From: Methanobacteriota archaeon
GTDB lineage: Archaea > Thermoplasmatota > E2 > DHVEG-1
Direction: 5' to 3'
NCBI GenBank assembly: GCA_963769885.1
Contig: CAVYNH010000006.1
Location: 352,001 to 416,000 of the forward strand
DNA: 64,000 nt
In this document: positions 28,502-37,778 of the stretch, piece after piece
Layout of the letters: each line of letters begins with the position of its first letter
How positions within the stretch are numbered: the first letter of the stretch is position 1
The notes under the pieces: generated by a model
Told to the model about the DNA's origin: nothing
Seen by the model: only the letters and a program-made list of their open reading frames with translations
Databases searched by the model: none
Translations under genes and position numbers: made by a program

Positions 28502-29770
28502 TTAGGTTCCGGCGATGGCGAGGAGGGCGACGGGGGCCTGGTGGGTGGTGAGTGTGAGAAGGGCGGCGACGGCGGCGGGGCTGGTGGGAGTGGCGAGACA
28601 GGTCTGCAGGCCGAGGCTGGTGGCCTGCAGCATCGTGGTGTGGAGGGCGGCGCCGGCTTCGAGGAACCAGAACTGGGTGTAGTTCTGTTCGCCGTGGGTC
28701 TTGGCGGTGTCGAGGACGGCGACGAGGGTGAGGGGCGCGCTGGCGATGCCGGGCTGGTCGGTGGCGGCGGCGAGTTCGGCGCGGTGGTCGCCGTCGGCGA
28801 TGGGGATGAGGCGGGCGAGGATGGGGAGACCGATGCGGTCGACGGGTTTGCCGAATGCTTTGAGGAGGCTGGGCTGGTAGCGGGTGACGGCGGTGGGGGT
28901 GACGGCGTAGTAGTCGAGGGGGTATTCGCCTTTGGCGCTGGGGGTGGTGCGGTGGCGTTGGATGGTGTTGAGGTCTTGGTGGCTGCGGTCGAGGTAGGGG
29001 GAGAAGCCGTCGGTGGCCCAGATGAGCTGGTCGATCTGGGGTTGGGTGAGGGTACCGGAGAGGTTCGTGGTCTCTGTGCGGGCGGTGAGGGCGGCGGTGA
29101 GGTTCATCGTGTGCTGGGTTGGCGGCTGCATGCGGCTGATCCACATGGGGTGGTTTTTGAAGTGGTAGGGCTGGAGGGGGTGGCCGATGGGGTAGACGAT
29201 GAGGCCTCGTTGGTCTGGGGGGATGCTGAGGTTGTTGATGGCTGGTGGGAGGCCGCCGGTGACGACGCCGCTGAGGTTGAGGGCGTCGAGGGTGAAGGCG
29301 ATGTTCTGGCAGATCTGGCCGATCTCCAGGCCGCCTTCGTTGCTGTTGGCTTGGGTGGTGTTGTAGCAGAAGCCGAGGACGAGGGTGGCAGTTTGGTATT
29401 GGTAGCCGACGATGGTGCGCCAGTCGCCGGGTTTGTACATGATGAGGCTGTGATTCGCTGGTGCATAGGTGTAGGCGGCGTCGGGGAGGAGGACGTAGAG
29501 GACGGTGGAGTAGGTGCCGTTGTGGCCGGGGTTGGTGCGGCTGCCGTCGGGGCGCTGGCCCATGGCGTCGTAGAGGATGGTGGAGAGCTCAGTGTCGGTG
29601 ATGGTCTGGTTCGTGAACACGCGGATGCTCATGCGCTCGAAGATCGTCTTCTCCAACGTCGTGGGGATGGATTGTGGTGGGGGGAGGCTGCGGGCGGTGG
29701 CGAGGCACGTGAGGGCGAGGCAGCCAAGGATGATGACGACGCTAACACAAAGGATTTTTTTCATGCTCAA
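28502..29770 (-). CDS. Signal-peptide protein with two nitroreductase (SagB/ThcOx-like) domains
   Basis: LEKTIFERMSIRVF, EIGQICQNI, RTTPSA..YPL and LEAGAALH...LGL motifs. Confidence 0.75.
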   Translation of the reverse strand: MSMKKILCVSVVIILGCLALTCLATARSLPPPQSIPTTLEKTIFERMSIRVFTNQTITDTELSTILYDAMGQRPDGSRTNPGHNGTYSTVLYVLLPDAAYTYAPANHSLIMYKPGDWRTIVGYQYQTATLVLGFCYNTTQANSNEGGLEIGQICQNIAFTLDALNLSGVVTGGLPPAINNLSIPPDQRGLIVYPIGHPLQPYHFKNHPMWISRMQPPTQHTMNLTAALTARTETTNLSGTLTQPQIDQLIWATDGFSPYLDRSHQDLNTIQRHRTTPSAKGEYPLDYYAVTPTAVTRYQPSLLKAFGKPVDRIGLPILARLIPIADGDHRAELAAATDQPGIASAPLTLVAVLDTAKTHGEQNYTQFWFLEAGAALHTTMLQATSLGLQTCLATPTSPAAVAALLTLTTHQAPVALLAIAGT

Positions 29771-29860
29771 GAGTTCTCCTTTTTCTAGGGAGTGGAAGGC
29801 GTGTTTTCAGATATAAAACTTCGCGTGGCTCCCGGCTTTGGAAATAGTTGGCGCATGTGG

Positions 29861-30112
29861 TTACTTGATTTTTCCGCAGGTGGGGCAGGTGGCGTCGTCG
29901 GGGAGGTCGGCGCCGCAGGTCGGGCAGGACTGGACCAGGGGTTTGTTCTGTGGTCTCCTTTTGCTTGGAAGGGCGAGGCCGAGGATGGCGAGGAGGAAAC
30001 CGATGATTCGGAGGGGCCAGGGTAGGACGTTTCCTAATTCGAGTGGGAAGTAGAGGAAGAAGGAGCCGATGAAAAATATCACTAAGCCGGTGATGATGAG
30101 CGGTACCCTCAT
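29861..30112 (-). CDS. Small two-TM protein with C-terminal Zn ribbon
   Basis: Two hydrophobic helices, then CPTCG...CPTCG. Confidence 0.75.
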   Translation of the reverse strand: MRVPLIITGLVIFFIGSFFLYFPLELGNVLPWPLRIIGFLLAILGLALPSKRRPQNKPLVQSCPTCGADLPDDATCPTCGKIK

Positions 30113-30323
30113 ACGATGTGCCTTGGGGGTGGTAGACCTTCTCGCTTAATAAATATCGTCCTCGCCGTGGCCTCCCTCCATTCGAATGTGTTCCTCCGCT
30201 AGGGAATCATAAGGCAAGTCGAGGAGGCAATGCTATAGAAAACATCTTAACGAGGGGACGTGAAATCATTTTGTCAAACTCAAAGCATCCAAACCTCATA
30301 GAAAGGGCGTTACCATCGGACTC

Positions 30324-31532
30324 TTAGGTCGCCTCATCCGTGGTCTTACTGAGGTACAGTCGCTTCTTCTTCTCAACCTCAGCATACTTCATGAGCTTGG
30401 CGACGAGCTCCGGATCCCATGCTCTTTCGGCAAGGATCTTAGCAAGCACGGTTGTGTCGAGTTGGCTGACTGCCGCAAGCTTCCCCGCTTTGGCCAACAA
30501 TGCCTCGAGCTTGGCGCGCTCCGGGCTGCCTTTCCCCGGGAACGCGATCTTCTCCGACTCTGTGATCCGCACCTTGTTCTTCTCGCCGAACACGCAGCTG
30601 ACCTTCTCTTTTTCCGCGAACGCGAGCAACGCCGCCTCCAGCGTCTCGATCTGCGCGTCCCACTCCGCGTTCATCTGCTTCTGCACCGTCTTCAGCTCCG
30701 CGTACTTGTTCACCAGCTGCACGCCGCTGTCCGTCTGGTACCCCGTGGGGTCCTCCTTAACCTTGTAGAGGTGCGACCACTGCCCGCACAGCGACTTGAA
30801 CTCGCACCAGTCACAGAGGAACGACGGCCGCGCCGAGAACCGCTCCTCCCGCTCGATCACATCGATGAGCACCCGCGTCTGATCCTTCAGCGCCTGCAGC
30901 TGCGCCTCCGTCCGCGTCGAATCCATCTCCTTATCGAACGCCAGAAAATGCCAGATCAACCGCACGTCCCGCGCGTCCGGATACCGGTCCTTGACCCCGA
31001 TCATGTACAACGCGAGCTGCCGGTCCTCATGCAAATACTGTGCCAGCGGCAATCGAGAATTCGTCTTGTAGTCATGGATCTCGTACCGCCCGTCCCCCGC
31101 CTCCGCGAGCCGGTCGATGAACCCGGTCAGCCGATACGCCCCCGACCCATCCAGGTCGATCGTGATGTTCTCCTCCAGCGCGATCGTCTTCTCCCGCGTG
31201 AACGGCGCATACCGCCGATAGTAATCCGCGAGGTACTTCTCGGCCATCCGCCGGTAATTCTCAGCCGAGTACTCCGTCCGGACGATGACGACGTCCGTGC
31301 TCCAGTTCTTCGTCCACTCCTCGCGTAGAAACCCGAGGATCTCGTCAAGGGAGCTCTGCTTCTGATGCATCAGATCCCGGTACAGCTTCTCCAGCGCCTC
31401 ATGCACCCGCGTCCCCAGGAACGCCTCCACGGTCTCCGCCACCATCGGCTCCACCTTTTCCACATACTGGTACTTGAACTTCTGCGGACACTGCTCAAAA
31501 CAGCTCAGCCGAGAGTGAGAATAGACCGTCAT
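30324..31532 (-). CDS. PD-(D/E)XK nuclease (RecB/Cas4-like, Fe-S staple) with coiled-coil C-terminal extension
   Basis: YSHSRLSCFEQCP, GTRVH, GFIDRL, DYKT, QLALY and CDWCEFKSLC motifs. Confidence 0.9.
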   Translation of the reverse strand: MTVYSHSRLSCFEQCPQKFKYQYVEKVEPMVAETVEAFLGTRVHEALEKLYRDLMHQKQSSLDEILGFLREEWTKNWSTDVVIVRTEYSAENYRRMAEKYLADYYRRYAPFTREKTIALEENITIDLDGSGAYRLTGFIDRLAEAGDGRYEIHDYKTNSRLPLAQYLHEDRQLALYMIGVKDRYPDARDVRLIWHFLAFDKEMDSTRTEAQLQALKDQTRVLIDVIEREERFSARPSFLCDWCEFKSLCGQWSHLYKVKEDPTGYQTDSGVQLVNKYAELKTVQKQMNAEWDAQIETLEAALLAFAEKEKVSCVFGEKNKVRITESEKIAFPGKGSPERAKLEALLAKAGKLAAVSQLDTTVLAKILAERAWDPELVAKLMKYAEVEKKKRLYLSKTTDEAT

Positions 31533-31703
31533 CCACCCCAGGGATAACCAGGAACAGGATTTAACCTTACGGAACCCACCACACCGCAACACACCCCACG
31601 GCCCCCCTCAAAACCGCGTTTCCCCCCGCGATTTCTTATAAAATTATAAATACTAAATCCCATATTTTTATCCACGCTTACCACTAGGGGCGAGGTTAAC
31701 ACC

Positions 31704-33383
31704 ATGAAGAAGACCATCCTCTCACTACTAATATGTACACTGCTGATCACCCCGATCGGTGTCATCTGCACCATCGCCGCACCAACCACACCCGCGCACC
31801 AGCCCCCAGGGCCGGCCTACGCACCACCGCTCACCTACATCGACACCTCCACGCCAACACCGGATCATCCAACGCTCCCCAGCAGCGGCGTCAACCCCCT
31901 CATCATCAACGTTCTCCAACAGGTTACCCCAGACTACTACCTCAGCTACCTCCAGACCCTCGTCAACTTCGGACCCCGCGTCACCGGCACCACCGCCTGC
32001 CAAAACGCCGCCGCCTGGATCCTCCAACAGTTCCAAGACATGGGCCTGGATGCCACCTACAAGCACTGGACCTACAGCTCCTACTCCTCGGACAACGTCG
32101 AGGCCACCATCAACGGCACCGACACCAGCAGCAGCGACATCTATATCATCTGCGGCCACTACGACACCGTCTCCGCTGGGCCCGGCGCGGACGATGACGG
32201 CTCCGGCACCTGCGCGGTCATCGTCGCCGCCAGCCTTCTGAAAGACTACAGCTTCAACTTCACCCTCAAGTTCGTCTGCTTCAGTGGCGAAGAGGAAGGC
32301 CTCTACGGCAGCAGGGTCTACGCCCAGCAGGCCGCGGCCGCCGGCTGGCACATCATCGGCGTCCTCAACTGCGACATGGTCAGCTACGCCATCACCACCA
32401 CCGACGGCTCGAACCTCATCATCTACGAAAACACCGCCTCCCATTGGCTCACCCAGTACACCTATAACATCGCCGCCAACTACAGCGCCTACGTCGGGTT
32501 GACGCTCCATAATCAACCAGGGTCGGGAAACAGCGACCATTATTATTTCTGGCAGAATGGCTATAACGCCATCTTCTTCTTCGAATACACCGAGACCCCG
32601 TACTACCACCAATCCGGCGACATCATCGCCCACTGCAACATGAGCTACGCGGCGAAGAACATCAAGCTCTTCATCGCCACCCTCGCGGAGCTCGCCGAGA
32701 TCTCACTGAAGAGCGACCCGCCCGCGGTCCCAGACCTCACCGGGCCGAGCTGGGCGCTCATCAACGACTCGGTCACCTTCTCCGTCAACACCACGGATCC
32801 CGACGGAGACAACGTGTACTACTACCTCGACTGGGGCGACGGGACGAACACCGGCTGGGTCGGACCCAGCCCGTCCGGCGTACAGCAGAACATCGCCCAC
32901 GCCTGGCACAGCCTCGGCATCTACAATGTCACGGCCAAGGCGAAAGACTACCACGGCTCCTCCAGCACCTGGACCACGCCATTGACCCTGACCATCGTCG
33001 ACAACACCCCGCCCAACGACCCAAGCATCGAGGGCCCCACCATCATCCATCCCTTCATCAAGCACACCTACACCATCAACAGCACGGACCCGCAGAACCA
33101 GGACCTCCGCTATGACATCAACTGGGGTGACAGCACCGGCGCCAGCGGCTACGGCCCCTTCGCCTCCGGCCAAGCCGTCGAAATCACACACACCTATAAG
33201 ACGAAAGGCAACTTCACCATCCGCGTCCGCTCCGTCGACACCAAGGGCGCGCCCAGCAACTGGACGGAGCTGAAAGTCCACGTGCCACTCGCCTACCAGC
33301 CCCACACGCTCCTCGAACACCTCATCCACTGGCTCCAAGGCACCAGGCTCGGCGAACTCCTCGCCCGCCTCCTGCACCACTAG
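31704..33383 (+). CDS. Secreted M28 aminopeptidase with two PKD domains
   Basis: GHYD, GADDDGSG, GEEEGLYGS, SDH and YHQSGD motifs; DWGDG PKD motifs. Confidence 0.92.
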   Translation: MKKTILSLLICTLLITPIGVICTIAAPTTPAHQPPGPAYAPPLTYIDTSTPTPDHPTLPSSGVNPLIINVLQQVTPDYYLSYLQTLVNFGPRVTGTTACQNAAAWILQQFQDMGLDATYKHWTYSSYSSDNVEATINGTDTSSSDIYIICGHYDTVSAGPGADDDGSGTCAVIVAASLLKDYSFNFTLKFVCFSGEEEGLYGSRVYAQQAAAAGWHIIGVLNCDMVSYAITTTDGSNLIIYENTASHWLTQYTYNIAANYSAYVGLTLHNQPGSGNSDHYYFWQNGYNAIFFFEYTETPYYHQSGDIIAHCNMSYAAKNIKLFIATLAELAEISLKSDPPAVPDLTGPSWALINDSVTFSVNTTDPDGDNVYYYLDWGDGTNTGWVGPSPSGVQQNIAHAWHSLGIYNVTAKAKDYHGSSSTWTTPLTLTIVDNTPPNDPSIEGPTIIHPFIKHTYTINSTDPQNQDLRYDINWGDSTGASGYGPFASGQAVEITHTYKTKGNFTIRVRSVDTKGAPSNWTELKVHVPLAYQPHTLLEHLIHWLQGTRLGELLARLLHH

Positions 33384-33527
33384 ACAACACCACACGTCCG
33401 TGACGGACGCCAACCAACCGGAGACGGGAACCCCCCCTCTCCTCCCACCATTTTTGTCGATTCTTTTTTTCCCTCCTGGAGACAAAAGGTTCTTAATATA
33501 ACCCCACGATAATTAAAATCACCCACG

Positions 33528-35748
33528 ATGAAGAAAACAGCCACCCTCCTCCTCGCCCTCCTGCTCACCACCACCATCCCCCACGCCACCCCAACACACC
33601 CCACCACCCAGCCCTACGCCGCCGTCCTCATCCCCGACACCACCCCCCTCCTCGGCCTCCTCGCCGCCAGCCTCGCCTGCACCTACGACCCCGCCACCAA
33701 CACCACCACGCTCCTCCCCCTCCTCCTCACCCACCACAACACCCTCACCGCCACCCAAAACCAACTCCTCGCAACACTCCTCGACCCCACTGACACCATC
33801 CTTTCCCTCAACACCACACCAACCACAAGCTACCCCACCCACCAGATCCTCGGCACCCCAACCGCCATCTCCTACACCACCGCCACCACCCTCTACCAGA
33901 CCGCCCCCACCACCCTCCTCATCCCCACAGACAACTACTCCCTCGGCCTCACCGCCGCCCCCCTCGCCAGCTACCTCCACATCCCCCTCCTCCTCACCGA
34001 CACCAACACCACACTTCTCACCCACACCCTCACCCAGCTCCACACCACCACCGCCATCCTCATCGGACCAACCAACCTCACCCTCCCCAACATCACCATC
34101 GACCACCTCACCACCCCAGACCAAATCCACCACCGACTCCTCCAAGAAACCCACCACCTCTTCAACACAATAAATTACCTCACCCTCACCAACCCCACGG
34201 ACGCCACCCCACCCACCACCACCAACACCACCACCAACACCACAACCACCACCCTCCACGCCACCCAACTCACCCTCCTCGGACACACCACCACCCTCAC
34301 CGGCAACGCCACCACCACCCTCCCCCTCACCATCCCCGACGGCATCACCCAACTCACCATCACCGCCGCCACCCCCACCACAAACCGCCTCCTCCCCACC
34401 CTCCTCTTCCTCAGACTCACCGACCCCAACGGAACCCTCGCCGCCTACACCACCAGCCAAGCAACCACCACCGGCACCGCCCAACTCCAGACCCTCACCT
34501 GCCACGACCCCGGCACCTACCCCCTCACCATCAGAGCCTTCCACGGCCTCCAAGGCGGCTACTTCAGCCGACGCGGCGTCTCCCACATCAACACCACCAT
34601 CACCATCACCACCACAAAACAGACCCAGACCACACCACACCACCCCCTCATCCCCAACCTCTCCATGCTCGCCCCCTACCTCACCGCCGCCCACGGCGGC
34701 ATCATCATCCCCACCGACCACGAGCCTCACCGGCCCCGACTACGAGACCACAGCCACCAACACCCCCGCCGGACCCTGGTACACCCCCAGTCTCCTCGAC
34801 TACAACAACCAGCAGGCCAACCAGACCCTCGTCGACCTGACCCACACCCTCGCCCTCCTCGACGATGAAGGCATGCTCGACGGCTACCTCGCTGGGCCGG
34901 CATGGCTCGGCATCCTCGCCGACACCACCATGATCCCCATGTACTACGCCGGGCCCACCCAACCCGACCTCGACGAACAAGGCCTCCCCACCGACAACCT
35001 CTACAACCTCAACGGCAGCCTCTCCACCGGCCGCATCATCGGCTGGAATGTCACCGACGTCTCAACCCTCATCGCCAGGACCCTCTTCTACCAAGACATC
35101 TGCGGCGAGCCCACCGACCCCTGGTTCACCACCTTCAACTTCGTCTTCGGCGAAGGCTTCGGCGAGACCGGTGGGCTCTTCCACCAAATTCCCTACTCGC
35201 GTCAGATCCGCCAATACAATTTCACCACCCATGTTTATGGAGATCTGCGGAACAGCCGGCAGTATGCAGATCGCCATCAGGTCTACACCGGTGCGAACTT
35301 CATTGAGTATCTCGGTCATGGCGATTGGTACTGGTACGCCCCCTCCATTTATGGGTTTGATACCTATGGTCGAGCTGTGGACGTCGCTCACGCTCGGGAC
35401 TGGGTGTTCGAACGGCCCAGCGTCTTCCTCACCGCCGCCTGCCTCATGGGACGAGTCGACGGCATCCCCCCGGAGCAGAACATCGGCCTGGCGATGCTGC
35501 ATGCGGGCTGCAACGCCTTCGTCGGCGCCACCCGCGAGACTGGGGAGGAGGCAGGGCTTTCAGTAATCGAAAATCATCTGATTGTGAACGACTCCAGCAT
35601 TGGCGCGGCGCTTCGGATGGAGAAACAGGTTGACCATGAGCCGCCGACGTACCTCGTCCGGACGCTGTATGGTGACCCTGCCTTCAACCCGTTCGACCCC
35701 CTTCATGGGTTCAGCGAGCAAGGCAGGCCGCATCTCCTTCCACCGTAA
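33528..35748 (+). CDS. Secreted C25-family cysteine peptidase, frameshifted near 34718
   Basis: ORF 33528 continues in a shifted frame TSLTGPDY...WLGILADTTMIPMYY...YLGHGDW...TAACLMG...LYGDPAF. Total span is 3n+1. Confidence 0.8.
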
Positions 35749-35773
35749 AACCAGAAGATGCTTTGGTTTATGC

Positions 35774-37594
35774 TTAGAAGAATTTCCAGACCTTGATTTC
35801 AGCGCTGGCCGTCACGTTGCCACCTTTTGCGACGGCTTTGACCAGGTGGGACCCAAAGGAGAACCGGTGCCAGTCCCACTTATATGGCTCCGCATTTGTG
35901 CTGAACATCGAGGATCCGTCGAGGTAGAACTGGACCTGGTCGATCTTGACTTTGGTCTGCCCGGTCATCACGATAATCTCACAGGTGAGATGCCCGATCG
36001 CTACTGGTTTGGAGAGGTTCATGATTTTTTTGTCGCCAAGGTACAGGCCGTTGACGGGTCGGGTGAACATGATGGTGAATGGCGGCTCGTAGGGAGTGGT
36101 CGTGATGATCAGGTGCAGGAGTTCTTTTGCGGTCAGCGTCGACAGCGTGATGTTCGTGGCGTTCTCGGCGATCAGTGTGCCATCCTGGTAGTACCAGTAA
36201 GCGGGGTAGGTGATACACAGTTTGGTGTTGTAGAGCGGGTGGTCGTACTGGTTGTTCACGGTGCAGTAGAGCATGCCGCCGCTGGGCGTGCAGGTGGCGG
36301 TGAGGCGCTGCCATTCGGTGAGGCCGACGGGGGAGTAGGCGGTGTTCCAGGAGTCGTAGCGGTGGCGGACCCAGTCTCCTGAGCCGGCGCCGAAGGCGAA
36401 GGCATACATGTTCCAGCCGTCAGAGCCGCAGTACATGGTGCCGCCGACGATGGAGGGCGGGCAGGTGACGCTGGCGCCGATGGGGTAGCGCCAGATGATG
36501 CCGCCGGTGGTTTCGTTGAGGGCGTAGTAGGCACCGTTGGCAGCGTCACGGGTGCCGATGAAGAGGAGGCCGCCGCTGAGGGTCGGGCTGCTGATGTCGC
36601 AGTCGCCGCCGATCTTGGTCTCCCAGATGGGGGCGCCGTCGGCGGCGTTGAAGCAGTAGACGGTGCCGCTGGTGTCGGCGATGAAGACGTGGCCGTTGTG
36701 GTAGGCGTTGAAGGAGAGGGGGCCGCCGTGGAGTGGTCTGCTCCAGATGAGGCCGCCGTCGCTGTCGCGGTAGGCGTTCATGGTGCTGGCGTAGTAGATG
36801 GCGAGGAAGAGGCGGCCGTCGCCGTCGGTGGTGATGCTGTTGTCCCAGGGGCCGGCGGCGAGGATGACGGTCCAGATGGGTTGTCCGGTGGTGGTGTCCA
36901 TTTTGTAGAGGCGGCCGGCGGCTGAGCCTCCCCAGAGGGCGACGTAGAGGGTGTGGTTGCTGAGCATGGGTTTGTTGGGGGCGACGGAGGCGTCGGTGGG
37001 GTAGGACCAGGTGGTGCCGCCGGTGTTTTTGTTGATGGCCATGATCTGGCAGTTGTTGAAGCCGGTGGCGAAGTAGAGGTTGGTGTCGTCGATGTGGATG
37101 GATTCGGCGATGCCGCCGTAGACGGGGATGGTCCAGAGGTTTTGGCCGGTGTAGCGGTTGTAGGCGTAGAGGTGTTCGTTGTTGGGGTATTGGCCGTGGG
37201 TGCAGGTGCCGAGGTAGACGGTGTCGGCGTCGATGGCGGGTCCGACGTAGCCGGGGCCGGTGGGTTGGCTCCAGAGGATGTCGCCGGTGGTGGTGTTGAC
37301 CGCGAAGAGCTTGTCGTGGCCGGCGCCGTGGGTGGCGCAGCTGCCGATGTAGGCGATGCCGTCTTTGACGGCGACCGCGGATTCTTCGTAGTTGGTGCCG
37401 GTGGTGTTGGCGGTCCAGAGGAGTTGTTGGGCGAAGACGGTACCGGTGGTGTTCAGGTGGAGGGTGATGGGGGGGCCGGGGGTGATGGTGAATGGTGGTT
37501 CTGGGGTTGTGGTGGTGGGTTGGAGTGTGGCATGTGCGGTGATGGTGAGGAAAAGCATGGTGGTGATGACGGTCATGATCTGAGTATAGTTCAT
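35774..37594 (-). CDS. Secreted PQQ-like beta-propeller protein with C-terminal Ig-like domain
   Basis: Repeated LYA.N..TG..xW and SSP motifs; signal peptide. Confidence 0.88.
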   Translation of the reverse strand: MNYTQIMTVITTMLFLTITAHATLQPTTTTPEPPFTITPGPPITLHLNTTGTVFAQQLLWTANTTGTNYEESAVAVKDGIAYIGSCATHGAGHDKLFAVNTTTGDILWSQPTGPGYVGPAIDADTVYLGTCTHGQYPNNEHLYAYNRYTGQNLWTIPVYGGIAESIHIDDTNLYFATGFNNCQIMAINKNTGGTTWSYPTDASVAPNKPMLSNHTLYVALWGGSAAGRLYKMDTTTGQPIWTVILAAGPWDNSITTDGDGRLFLAIYYASTMNAYRDSDGGLIWSRPLHGGPLSFNAYHNGHVFIADTSGTVYCFNAADGAPIWETKIGGDCDISSPTLSGGLLFIGTRDAANGAYYALNETTGGIIWRYPIGASVTCPPSIVGGTMYCGSDGWNMYAFAFGAGSGDWVRHRYDSWNTAYSPVGLTEWQRLTATCTPSGGMLYCTVNNQYDHPLYNTKLCITYPAYWYYQDGTLIAENATNITLSTLTAKELLHLIITTTPYEPPFTIMFTRPVNGLYLGDKKIMNLSKPVAIGHLTCEIIVMTGQTKVKIDQVQFYLDGSSMFSTNAEPYKWDWHRFSFGSHLVKAVAKGGNVTASAEIKVWKFF

Positions 37595-37778
37595 GGTGAC
37601 GAGTCCCCCGTGTTCTTAACCGGTGGTGGGTTATTTAGTTGTTTTCGTGGTTGTGGAGGCGTTTTTCTGGCGTGTATTAATAGGATTTTTGCTGGTCCCT
37701 TCGTGATTTCGGCAGGCGCGGGCGACCTTAGGCTTATATAGGAGCCCCGCATTAATATCATCGGAGGAAGATTTCCCT

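Noticed and set aside
26072-29788. Long Gly/Val/Glu-rich + strand ORFs (26072, 27491, 28541) and similar ones at 33519-34730, 56209-58659 and 1414-2431
   Set aside because: Antisense or alternate-frame shadows of real genes, kept open by the extreme skew; no motifs.
30324-31532. CRISPR-Cas locus suggested by the Cas4-like nuclease
   Set aside because: No repeat-spacer array and no other cas genes in the window.
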